Shown: positions 51,706 to 60,386, numbered from the stretch's first letter. The stretch: DNA of 64,000 bases from Rhodothermales bacterium (GCA_963740755.1 CAVUFJ010000002.1:3383-67382), one strand, 5' to 3'. The notes: generated by a model not told the origin, from the sequence alone. Numbers and translations are program-made.

Positions 51706-51729
51706 CCGCCATGCAACCGGATCGGGTTA

Positions 51730-51969
51730 TCATTCCTGCCCGCCGCCGCCGCGCTGGCCCCCGCCCCCGCCGGCATTGCCGCCGCCGCCGCCCTGCTCGT
51801 CGCGGGCCTGCTTGTCGGCGCCGCCGTCCTGGGAGTGGCGATGGTGGGGCTGCTGCGTGTTGTCGCCGCCGCCGGACGAGGCGCCGGGGCCCGTGTCGGT
51901 GTGCGTGTTGGGCTGCTTGCGGGCGTTGTCGTCGCCCTTCTTGGGTTCGTCCTGCTTGCTCAGGCCCAT
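51730..51969 (-). CDS. Hypothetical small Gly-rich hydrophilic protein (79 aa)
   Basis: ATG at 51969 in the frame of ORF 51730..53616: MGLSKQDEPKKGDDNARKQPNTHTDTGPGASSGGGDNTQQ...DEQGGGGGNAGGGGGQRGGGGQE. The composition resembles stress-induced disordered proteins. Coding status is unproven. Confidence 0.35.
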   Translation of the reverse strand: MGLSKQDEPKKGDDNARKQPNTHTDTGPGASSGGGDNTQQPHHRHSQDGGADKQARDEQGGGGGNAGGGGGQRGGGGQE

Positions 51970-52049
51970 GGTCGTGTACTTGAAGGTGGGCCGCAAGATG
52001 GGCACGCCGCAGGCCCTTCGTCTGTGAGGCTCCCGTAACCGATCGTCGG

Positions 52050-52661
52050 TCAGCGCAGCTCGTCGGAGCGCAGGGGCCTGATAGCACTTCCGGTCATGTC
52101 CACGTCCTCGTAGAGTTCGTCGAAGGGCACCTCCAGAGGGGGCAGGCCGGGCAGGGCGAGCGTGAGCGCGCCCTCGGTGACGGGCTCGCCGATCTGCCAG
52201 AGGCCCGCCTCTGTGCGCGCGAACACGTCCGCGTGGCGGCGGTCCTGCGCGATGAGCACGTAGGCGCGCAGCGACGGAATCCGGCGGTACCGCTCGAACT
52301 TGTAGCCCCGGTCGTAGGCCTCGGTGGAGGGCGAGAGCACCTCGAAGACGACGGCGGGGTTGACGAGCGCGCCCCGCACGTACTCGGGCCGCCCGCACAC
52401 GAGCACGACATCGGGGTAGACGTAGCTCGCGCCCTCGTCCACTTCCACGCGCAGATCCGACGAGTTGACGCGGCACGGCTTGCCGCGCAGGCGCCTGCCA
52501 AGCGCGATGGTCAGGTTGTCGGTGACGTTGGCGTGGCTCGGGGAGGCACCCGACATGGCGAAGATCTCGCCGTCGTGGTATTCGTGCTTGGCCTCGACCG
52601 AGGCCTCCTCGAAGGCGAGGTAGTCGTCGGGCGAGAGGAGCAGGTGCGGGGCAGCGCTCAT
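52050..52661 (-). CDS. Uma2-family (DUF820) PD-(D/E)xK endonuclease
   Basis: Intact ORF: HEYHDGEIFAMSGASPSHA...YPDVVLVCG...NPAVVFEVLSPSTEAYDRGYKFERYRRIPSLRAYVLI, the classic Uma2 pattern. Confidence 0.85.
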   Translation of the reverse strand: MSAAPHLLLSPDDYLAFEEASVEAKHEYHDGEIFAMSGASPSHANVTDNLTIALGRRLRGKPCRVNSSDLRVEVDEGASYVYPDVVLVCGRPEYVRGALVNPAVVFEVLSPSTEAYDRGYKFERYRRIPSLRAYVLIAQDRRHADVFARTEAGLWQIGEPVTEGALTLALPGLPPLEVPFDELYEDVDMTGSAIRPLRSDELR

Positions 52662-52694
52662 GGCGGCGGTGGGCTGCAGGGCATACGCACAGCG

Positions 52695-54396
52695 TCAGCG
52701 GCGGCTCCGGAAGCCCGTGTCGAAGTCGTCCTCGAAGGACGCCACCGCGCGGGCGCTGGGCCGCGGGGCGACGGCGTCGAAGAACGCCTGGTCGTAGGAG
52801 CGCGTGCGCACGGCAATCGGCATCGGGACGGCGTGGCCGAGCACGCAGCATCTGCTGCTTCGTGTCGAGCGTGGCGAGGATGCCGCGCAGCGCGCTCGAG
52901 CCGGAGATGCCGGTGAGCACGGCGGCGAGGTCCTTGTCGTCGGAGAGCGCGGCGACGAAGCTGGTGCCGATCTGGCTCATCACCTCGTCGTCGATGGCGG
53001 AGGGGCGCTGGTCCACGACGAGCAGGCTCACGTAGAACTTGCGCATCTCGCGCGCGATCTTGCCAAACGGCGTCTCCTGCGCGATGCCGGGCGCGAGAAA
53101 GCGGTGCGCCTCCTCGATCGTGATCAGCAGCCGGCGCGGCTCGTCGGCGGGGTTCTTGGAGCCCTGGAAGCGCACGGCCATGTCCTCGTACTTGTCGCGC
53201 AAGCCGCCGCGTGACGACGCCCGAGACGAGCAGGTAGGCGTCGAGGTCCTGCACGCCCCCGAACTCGAACACGACCGACTTGCCCGCCGCGATGCTCTCG
53301 ACGATAAAGTCGAGCACGTCCGTTTGCCCTTCGACGGCTCGGTCGAGAAGAAGCCGAAGCGGTTGAACTTGACGAGCTTGCGCCGCAGCGCCGAGAGCGA
53401 CCCCGGATGCGCGCCCGTTTCCTCGGCCATCGCGTCGATCTCGCTCTGCTCGGCGCGCCAGCAGCCGTTCGAGCCATCGCTCGCTGGTACTTCTCGCGGA
53501 GCAGGTAGGCGCTGTCGGCGGCGGTGGCGTTGAGGCCGAGCGTGTTCTGGAGCGGCAGGATGTCGGCAGGCTCGATCTGGTCGGCGTAGAGCGTCGCCTC
53601 CACGTCGCACCGGCACCTGCCGCTGCCGGGCGTGGGCGGCGTCGACGCGTCACGATGAAGACGCGTCCGCCGAAGAGCTGTTCGAGGCCCTGGCACGTAG
53701 CCCTGCGAGCCGCCCGCGCCCTCCTGCGTGCCCTCCCAGCCGTACTCCGAGTGGGCATCGAAGACGAGCACCGAGGCGCGGTCGCGGCGGATCGTGCCCG
53801 CGAGCAGCAGGCGGGTGATGAACGTCTTGCCGGTGCCGGTGCGCCCGAAGACGGCGTTGGAGCGCTCGACGAAGCGGTCGAGGTCGACGCACACGCGGCG
53901 CCGATTCCATGTCGAGCGGGCGGCCGACCTCGAAGTACTGCCGGTCGGTGCGGGCCTCGGCGCCGAAGACGCGCGCGACGTCTTCGGCGGCGGCGCGGTA
54001 GACGGTCGAGAAGTGCGCCGGGACGGTTTTGACGGGGCGGGGCGCTTCCTCGCCGGTGTCGAGTGTCTGGTTGGAAAGCGCGAGGAGGGGCTTGAGCGAG
54101 ACGGTCGCGTAGGTGCTCTGGCCATGGAGCACGCGCCGCAGCAGCGCCCCTTCCGGCGTCGAGGCCGGGGGCGGGTTGAGCAGGATGCCCTCGTTGGCCG
54201 CCTCGATGCGCGCGTCGGTGATGAGGCAGAAGAAGTCGAGCGACTCGCCCTGCACGACGGCGAAGGTGCCGGTGGACACGTCCTCGACCGAGCAGCCCGC
54301 GTCGAGCTTCATCTCGACGCCGTCGAGGAGCGAGCCGTGCGTGATGACGCCGAGGGCGTCGCCCGCGCGGCGCGAGCGGAGGTCGAGGTCGGGCAT
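52695..54396 (-). CDS. HerA-like (DUF87/FtsK-HerA superfamily) ATPase; at least 7 frameshifts
   Basis: The N-terminal barrel-like part is MPDLDLRSRRAGDALGVITHGSLLDGVEMKL...FAVVQGESLDFFCLITD (ORF 53650..54396). Walker A is NAVFGRTGTGKTFITRLLLAG (ORF 53124..54125). Walker B and following sequence is RRLLITIEEAHRFL...FYVSLLVVDQRPSAIDDEV (ORF 51730..53616). The C-terminus is ...VLGHAVPMPIAVRTRSY...FEDDFDTGFRSRR, with its stop at 52695. Confidence 0.7.
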
Positions 54397-54543
54397 GGGC
54401 GGCGAGGACTACGCCGCAAGGTACCACCCCCCGGCGGGTGCGCCACGCCGGGGCCTCCCTTCCGAGGGAAGGGCGGATCTGAAGGGCAGGTTCAAGCAGC
54501 CCCTTGCCGTTGGGCGCGGGGCTTGAGCGAGAGGACGGGCGGC

Positions 54544-54780
54544 TTACGCCTCCAGTTCCTCGGCGGCTTTCTCCGCAAGCAGGCCCGCAATGATGATCGG
54601 AATGGCCTTCAGGATGACGCCCACGAGCATCTTCGTCGTCATGCGGACGGTCAGACGCAGGATCGTCGGCAGGAGCGTGATCGCGAGGGCGCCGCCGAGC
54701 ACGCCGAGCACGAGCTTGCCGGCGTCGGTCTGGGCGAGGTTGGTGGCGGTGCGGGTCAGGCTGGCGGTGGAGGTGGCCAT
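54544..54780 (-). CDS. Hypothetical small membrane protein (78 aa, 2 predicted TM helices)
   Basis: ORF 54544..54780: ...GKLVLGVLGGALAITLLPTIL...LVGVILKAIPIIIAGLLA. Same strand as the HerA-like gene and 148 nt upstream of it. Confidence 0.35.
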   Translation of the reverse strand: MATSTASLTRTATNLAQTDAGKLVLGVLGGALAITLLPTILRLTVRMTTKMLVGVILKAIPIIIAGLLAEKAAEELEA

Positions 54781-54896
54781 GGGAGTGAGGAGCGGAATGC
54801 GCCAAACTAGCCCCGGTGCGTCGCCCGGCCCGTTGACGATCCGGCAACGCTTCGGCGCGGGCGGTGCTACTTTGGCCCACCCCGACCCGTACGCCC

Positions 54897-55862
54897 ATGC
54901 ACGACCCGCTCGCCCCCGCCGCCGTCTCGCGCGACACGCTCAACGACATGCAGCTCTACCTCGTCGACGAGTTCGCCGAGGACTACGCCGAAGGACACCT
55001 GCCACGGCGCGACGCCCTGCGGCTCATCGCGGGCGTTACCGGCAGCCTGGCCTTTGCCACGACCGTGCTGGCCGGCTGTGTAACGCCGTCTCCCGCCACA
55101 TCGCCCGTGCTGCCGCCGCTCACCGGCGACGCCGACCCGGTGACGGTCCCGGAGGCCGACCCGGCGATCCGCGCTGAGCGGGTCACGTTTGCGGGCGAAG
55201 GCGGCGTCACCCTCAGGGGCTACCTCGCCCGCCCGAGCGCACGCGGACGGCATCCGCTCGTGCTCGTGTGCCACGAAAACCGGGGCCTCACGCCCCACAT
55301 CGAGGACGTCACCCGCCGACTGGCCCGCGCGGGCTATGTGGGCCTCGCGGTGGACCTGCTCTCGCGGCAGGGCGGCACGCCTGCCATCGCCGACGCCGCG
55401 CAGGTGCCCCAACTGCTCGGGCAGGCGCCGCCCGAACAGGCCGTGGCCGACTTTCAGGCGGGCCTCCGGTATGCACAGGCGCAGCCGTTCACGGCGCCCG
55501 GTCCGGTGGGGATGACGGGCTTCTGCTACGGCGGCGGCGTGACGTGGCGCGTGGCGACAAAGACGCCCGCCGTCAAGGCCGCCGTGCCGTTCTACGGGCC
55601 GCCCCCGCGCGCCGAGGACGTGCCGGGCCTGCAGGCCGCCGTGCTCGCCTTTTACGGCGAAACCGATACGCGCATCAACAGCATGATTCCGGACATCGAG
55701 GCGGCGATGCGGGCGAGCGGCAAGACGTTCGAGCCGGTGATCTTCCCCGGCGTCGGCCACGCCTTCCACAACGACACGGGCCGCAACTACAACGCCGACG
55801 CCGCCCGCGCCGCCTGGACCCGCACGCTTGCGTGGTTTGACCGCTACCTCCGCCGGAGTTGA
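54897..55862 (+). CDS. Dienelactone hydrolase family protein (secreted or lipoprotein)
   Basis: LVLVCHENRGLTPHIEDVTRRLARAGYVGLAVDL...GMTGFCYGGG...AFYGETD...FPGVGHAFHND. Confidence 0.8.
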   Translation: MHDPLAPAAVSRDTLNDMQLYLVDEFAEDYAEGHLPRRDALRLIAGVTGSLAFATTVLAGCVTPSPATSPVLPPLTGDADPVTVPEADPAIRAERVTFAGEGGVTLRGYLARPSARGRHPLVLVCHENRGLTPHIEDVTRRLARAGYVGLAVDLLSRQGGTPAIADAAQVPQLLGQAPPEQAVADFQAGLRYAQAQPFTAPGPVGMTGFCYGGGVTWRVATKTPAVKAAVPFYGPPPRAEDVPGLQAAVLAFYGETDTRINSMIPDIEAAMRASGKTFEPVIFPGVGHAFHNDTGRNYNADAARAAWTRTLAWFDRYLRRS

Positions 55863-55866
55863 GGCG

Positions 55867-56514
55867 CTACACGGGCAGTAGGGTGTGGCACTGCACGGCG
55901 CCAGGGTGCGTCCCGGCGAGGGCCGCGCAGAACCCCGGCGGAACGGGCAGCGGCGTTACGGACCACGCCCCCGTGACGTCCGGAAGCGGGCGCGCGAGGC
56001 CGAGGCCGAGGCCTTTGGCGAGCGCTTCGTGGCGTGTCCACGCGGCAAAAAACGCCGTTTGCTGCTCGGAGGGTGGGAGCGCTGCCAGCTGCGTCGCCAC
56101 GCCGGCGCCCAGCACGCGCCGCGCCACGCCGAGCGCGTCGGAGACCGGGCGGAGGCGCTCCACGTCCACCCCAACCTCGTGATCGGCGGAGACGGCCACC
56201 AGCGCGAGCCCGTCCGAGTGCGACAGGTTGAAGTGCAGGCCGGGGGCGTCCGGCAGAAAAGGCTTGCCGTGCGGGCCGGTGCCAAAGGCGAGCGCGTCTG
56301 GGGCCATGCCCACGCACGCGCCGAGCAGATGCCGCAGACCGCTGCGCACAGCCCGCGCCCGGGCCCCCCGAAGCGCGGCGCAGCGGGCGCCCTGCGCGGC
56401 TTCGCCGGCGCCCACAGGCGCGTCGGCGGGCCACGCGTCGAGGTCGAGGCGCCACACGGAGACCGTGCCCGGCGCCGGCGCTGTGGGCCAGGCGGGCGTC
56501 CATATCGCCGTCAT
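55867..56514 (-). CDS. 4'-phosphopantetheinyl transferase (Sfp-type)
   Basis: ATG at 56514: GKPFLPDAPGLHFNLSHSDGLALVAVS...VGVDVE...WTRHEALAKGLG. Confidence 0.8.
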   Translation of the reverse strand: MTAIWTPAWPTAPAPGTVSVWRLDLDAWPADAPVGAGEAAQGARCAALRGARARAVRSGLRHLLGACVGMAPDALAFGTGPHGKPFLPDAPGLHFNLSHSDGLALVAVSADHEVGVDVERLRPVSDALGVARRVLGAGVATQLAALPPSEQQTAFFAAWTRHEALAKGLGLGLARPLPDVTGAWSVTPLPVPPGFCAALAGTHPGAVQCHTLLPV

Positions 56515-57842
56515 CGGGGCGGGGCCGGTTGGGCGGTGCGGCGCCACCCGAGGTAGACCGGGACGCCGGTGAGCAGCAGGGCCAGCCCGATGGCGCTCTC
56601 CAGGGGGGCCGCGGCCACGGTGGTGGCAACGATCAGGGCGGCCGCGAGCACGAACAGGCCGGTGGTGAGCGGGTGGCCGGGGGCGCGGAAACCATCGCCA
56701 CGGGCCGGGTCGCGGCGGCGGAAGACGAACAGGGCCGCCCCGGCGAGGCCGAAGAAGACCCAGTCTACGGCGACGACATAGCTTAGGATGCGCTCGTAGG
56801 TGCCCGTTAATGCAATCACGAGGGCTACCACACCCTGGAGCACGATGGCGATCACGGGCGCGTGCGTGCGGGGGTGGACGTAGCCCACGCGGCGGAAGAA
56901 GACCCCGTCTTCGGCCATCGCGAAGTAGACGCGCGGGGCGGTGAGCATCCCCTGCGAGAGAAAGCCGAGCGTGGAGATGGCGATGCCGGCAGCGATGAAC
57001 CGCGCGCCCGTCTCGCCAAAGGCCAGGCGCATGATGCTCGTCGCGGGGGCAGGGGTGTCGCGGAGGCCGTCGGGGCCGAGGGCGGCGAGGCCCGCGAGCG
57101 TGACGGCGACGTAGAGCACGAGCACGCCGAAGACGCCGAGGAGCACGCCGCGCGCGAGGTCCCGGCGCGGGTCGCGCATCTCGCCCGCCACAAAGCTCGC
57201 CGTCTGCCAGCCGCCGTAGGAGAACATGACGGGCGTGAGCGCCGCCCCGAAGGCCAGCCACAGCGGAAGCGTGGGCGCCGGCTGCGGCGCTGTCTGGGGA
57301 GCCGCAGGCGCCGCGATCAGCAGCCCGGCCACGACGAGCGCGAGGATCGCCCCGATCTTGAGCACCATGAGCACGTTCTGCGCGGTCCCGCCCGCGCGCA
57401 CGCCGAGCACGTTCACCGCCACGAGCGCCCCGAGGGCGAGCGCCGCCACGGCCGGCTCGGCCAGCGGCACGCCCGACACCTCGTTGAAGTAGCGCGCGAA
57501 CGTGATCGCCACCGCCGCCATCCCCCCGGACTGCGTGACGAGGAGCAGCCCCCAGCCGTACACGAACGCCACCGACGGGTGGAAGGCGTCGCGGAGGTAG
57601 GCGTACTGCCCGCCCGTTTCGGGCCGCCGGTCGGCAAGTTCGGCGTAGACGAGCGCGCCCGCCAGCGCCACGAGTCCGCCCACGAGCCACGCGCCGAGGA
57701 TGAGCGCGGGCGTGTGGACATACTGCGCCACCACATGCGGCGTCACGAAGATGCCCGATCCAACGATGCCGCCCATCACGATCATCGTGGCGTCGTACAC
57801 GCCGAGGCGGCGAACGAGGTGGGGTGGGGAGGCTTCAGCCAT
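56511..57842 (-). CDS. APC-family amino acid permease
   Basis: Intact ORF: LGVYDATMIVMGGIVGSGIFVTP..., 12 TM segments. Confidence 0.85.
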   Translation of the reverse strand: MAEASPPHLVRRLGVYDATMIVMGGIVGSGIFVTPHVVAQYVHTPALILGAWLVGGLVALAGALVYAELADRRPETGGQYAYLRDAFHPSVAFVYGWGLLLVTQSGGMAAVAITFARYFNEVSGVPLAEPAVAALALGALVAVNVLGVRAGGTAQNVLMVLKIGAILALVVAGLLIAAPAAPQTAPQPAPTLPLWLAFGAALTPVMFSYGGWQTASFVAGEMRDPRRDLARGVLLGVFGVLVLYVAVTLAGLAALGPDGLRDTPAPATSIMRLAFGETGARFIAAGIAISTLGFLSQGMLTAPRVYFAMAEDGVFFRRVGYVHPRTHAPVIAIVLQGVVALVIALTGTYERILSYVVAVDWVFFGLAGAALFVFRRRDPARGDGFRAPGHPLTTGLFVLAAALIVATTVAAAPLESAIGLALLLTGVPVYLGWRRTAQPAPPR

Positions 57843-57888
57843 GGTCGGGGGCGTGTTGGGACGCTTCCCCCTCCGGTCCTTCGGACCA

Positions 57889-57910
57889 CCTCCCCCGATA
57901 TCGGGGGAGG
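57889..57910. other. Perfect 22-bp palindrome (possible bidirectional terminator or protein-binding site)
   Basis: CCTCCCCCGATATCGGGGGAGG, preceded by a second small hairpin GGTCCttcgGACC (57876-57888). It lies between the GH47 stop and the permease start. Confidence 0.4.
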
Positions 57911-57935
57911 ACAGACGGCGGCGCGCGTCCAGCGC

Positions 57936-58002
57936 GAAGCTGTCAGGAGGGGGCCAGCGAAGCCGTCAGGAGGGGGCCAGCGCAGAGCCGTCAGGCGGGG
58001 GG
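57936..58002. repeat. 23-bp tandem direct repeat (2 full units plus 1 degenerate unit)
   Basis: GAAGCTGTCAGGAGGGGGCCAGC / GAAGCCGTCAGGAGGGGGCCAGC / GCAGAGCCGTCAGGCGGGGGG, directly downstream of the GH47 stop codon (58004-58006). Confidence 0.8.
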
Positions 58003-58003
58003 A

Positions 58004-59382
58004 TTACCACGTCCGGCGGAGCGGGTGGGCTTCGGTGTTGAACACGACGTGTTCGAAGTCGAGCGTCTCGGGCGGCGAGAAGAGGAGGTAGAAGTACTTG
58101 AACGTCTCGGCGAACACGAACGACTGCTGCTCGTCGGCTTGCTCCTTTGTCACCACGCTGCGGAGCGTCGCGTAGCCCGCGTCGGTGCGGCAGTAGCGCA
58201 CAAAGTCCTCGAACATCGCCGCGCCCATCGCGAGGTACTGCGGGTCGCGCGTGTAGTGGTAGAGGTAGTAGGCCGACTCCACGATCTCGGGGCGGAGCGG
58301 GTAGCCGGCGCTCGTCACCGAGTCGGTGCGGTAGTTGAAGCGCTCGGGCTCGATGCCGTGGAGGCGCCACATGCGGTAGCCGGAGGCCTGGAGCCGCTGC
58401 GCGCGGTCGAGGTCGCCGCCGAGGGCGAGGAGCGCGGGCATGAAGGCGTCGAGGGCGCCGTAGGTCGTGCTCGTGCGCACGCCGGTGTCCATGTTCGCCA
58501 CGCCGTACCAGAGCTGCCCGCCGGACGTGTCGGCGAGAAACTGGTTGATGGGGCCGATGCTGGCCTCCCACATGCGCTTGCAGTCCGGGTCGCCAAAGAG
58601 CCGGTCGCACTTGAGCAGGTACTCGTAGTACGAGTCGATGCCGCCCGAGATGTGCGACGAGCGGCCCACATACCGCCCGGTCCGCACGTCGATGCGGGAG
58701 CCGACGAGCCCGATGGCCGAGCGGCGGTTGAAGGTCTCCACGAGCGCGCGCCTTGGCGCGGTCGTAGAAAACGGGCTTGCCGGTGAGCTTGGAGAGCGTC
58801 CCGAACTCCAGCAGCAGCGTGCCCGTCTCGGCGGGGTTGGAGAGCGAATCGCGCACGGCCCCCGTGCGCAGGTTGACGTAGCGGTAGGGCAGGCCGGTCG
58901 GCGTGTTGAAGGCCGGCAGCAGGCGCGTGCCGAGGTCTTCGGCGAGCGCGAGCATCCGCGCGGTCGCCGGTGAGCTGGTAGGCCGAGAGGAGGCCGCCGA
59001 GGTGGCGGATCGTGATCTCGAATACCTGCACGCTCTGGTCGTGGTCGAACGACAGGTTGGCGCCGAGAAACCGGCGCACGCTGTCGGCCTCGGCGTCGAG
59101 GCCCATCAGCTTCATCGTGGAGAGCGCGTCCACGGGCGTGAAGTAGATCGGGGCCGCATACCAGTTGTGGCCGCGCTTCGAAAGCGGCCGCAGGTCGTCG
59201 GCGCCCCACGCGTAGCGGCGGTAGCCGTGCCAGGCGTGCAGGAACTCGGCCTGCACGCGGGCGCGCAGGGCTTCGGTGTCGGGCGCGCCCGAGGGGCGGG
59301 GCGCCGCAGGGGCGGCTACGGGGACCGTGCGGGCGCATCCGGCCAGCACGAGGAACGCGAGGCCGAGCAGACGGGCGGGCAT
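58004..59382 (-). CDS. Glycoside hydrolase family 47 (alpha-1,2-mannosidase-like) lipoprotein; 2 frameshifts
   Basis: MPARLLGLAFLVLAGC lipobox. FLHAWHGYRRYAWGADDLRPLS...FEITIRHLGGLLSAY (ORF 58315..59382). LLPAFNTPTGLPY..VNLRTG...NPAETGTLLLEFGTLSKLTG (ORF 57966..58955). SHISGGIDSYYEYLLK...YPLRPEIVESAYYLY...SFVFAETFKYFYLLF (ORF 58004..59953). Confidence 0.8.
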
Positions 59383-59492
59383 AGGGCTGCGGGTGAGGGC
59401 CCCAAACTACGCGCGTGCCGCCTTGAAGCCGTGGCGGCCCAGCACCCTTGGGGAGGCTGCGCCGCTGCACCGCCGCAGCGGGGCGCGCCGGG

Positions 59493-59760
59493 TTACCGCC
59501 ACACGAACAGCCGTTCGGGGCGTGCTTCTGCGCCCGCCACCAGCCGAAGCACGTAGATGCCCGGCGTCGACGCCGACGTGTCAAGGGGCGGGCGGGGTCC
59601 GCCCGCCCCGAGGCTGCCCCGCGCCATGCCAGCGGTCGGTACCCCGGCTGATAGCACCTCCTGCCGTGAAATCCCTGGAGGCGCGGGCCTGCACCGGGGC
59701 GCCGCAGCGGTGCTGTAGCGCCCGGCACGCCAGGGCGAACTTGGCCGGATCCCCTCGGAA
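59493..59760 (-). pseudogene. Remnant of a T9SS C-terminal sorting domain (Por_Secre_tail-like)
   Basis: My minus-strand translation ending at the TAA (59495-59493) is ...LDTSASTPGIYVLRLVAGAEARPERLFVWR*. Upstream fragments in other frames (PRGSGQVR..VPGATAP, RLQGFHGRR) resemble the start of the domain. There is no room for a full gene before rimP. Confidence 0.4.
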
Positions 59761-59843
59761 CAGCCCCCTTCGGCGGACCGTTCACGGGCGTGCTACTGTC
59801 ATCTGCGGACGCGCCCGCCCCGGGCGTTTCTTTTGTGGCAGAG

Positions 59844-59870
59844 AAGGGGGGCCTGCTCCCCTTTTTTGTT
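59844..59870 (+). terminator. Hairpin plus T-tract in the rimP-nusA-infB leader (candidate attenuator)
   Basis: AAGGGG-ggcctgct-CCCCTT followed by TTTTG, ending about 55 nt upstream of the rimP ATG. No plus-strand gene lies upstream for it to terminate. Confidence 0.35.
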
Positions 59871-59924
59871 GGCAACGCGCTTCGGCCCGTGCCCCGCAGC
59901 GTGGCATGGGCTCTTTTTGTCTCT

Positions 59925-60386
59925 ATGCCGCCCTTCGCCTCCCTCACCGACAAGATCCGCGCGTTCGCCGAACGCGTGGCCGCCGAGCGCGACGCCTACG
60001 TGGTGGACGTGGTCGTGCGCGGCACCATCGTGGACGTGTTCGTGGACACGGACGAGGGGATCGGCATCGACGGGGTGGCGAAGTTCTCGCGCACGCTCGG
60101 CGCGCTCGTCGAAGAAGCGGACCTGTTTCCGGGCCGCTACACGCTCAACGTTTCCTCGCCCGGGGCCACGCGTCCGCTCGTGCTCCCGCGCCAGTTTCCG
60201 CGCCACATCGGGCGGGTGCTGCGCGTGCAGGTGCGGGCGCCACTGCCGGAGGCGCCGCCGATCCCGGTCGAAGGCACGCTCACCGGCGTCGAGGGCGGCG
60301 CGCTGCGCCTGACCCCCGCCACCGGCGACCCCGTCGTGGTGCCCTTCGACGACCTTATAGAGGCGCGCGTCGTGCTGCCCTGGTGA
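59925..60386 (+). CDS. rimP: Ribosome maturation factor RimP
   Basis: YVVDVVVRG..VDVFVDTDEGIGIDGVAKFSRTLGALVE...YTLNVSSPGATRPL, positioned upstream of nusA. Confidence 0.85.
   Translation: MPPFASLTDKIRAFAERVAAERDAYVVDVVVRGTIVDVFVDTDEGIGIDGVAKFSRTLGALVEEADLFPGRYTLNVSSPGATRPLVLPRQFPRHIGRVLRVQVRAPLPEAPPIPVEGTLTGVEGGALRLTPATGDPVVVPFDDLIEARVVLPW

Noticed and set aside
47200-54396. Reading the dense frameshifts in rnd, the nucleoside transporter, the carboxylase and the HerA-like gene as a decaying pseudogene block
   Set aside because: The same kind of 1-nt lesions hit essential infB and nusA as well as aroE elsewhere in the window. Several lesions are homopolymer-length errors. Assembly error is the simpler explanation, although it cannot be excluded without reads.
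55867-57690. 607-aa ORF fusing the PPTase with upstream sequence
   Set aside because: Only the C-terminal 215 codons (from ATG 56514) match PPTases. The upstream part overlaps the intact APC permease gene in another frame.
57936-58002. Tandem repeats as a possible mini-CRISPR array (also 9926..9974)
   Set aside because: The units are directly adjacent with no spacers. There are only 2-3 copies (or 7-nt units), and there are no cas genes. These are simple tandem repeats.
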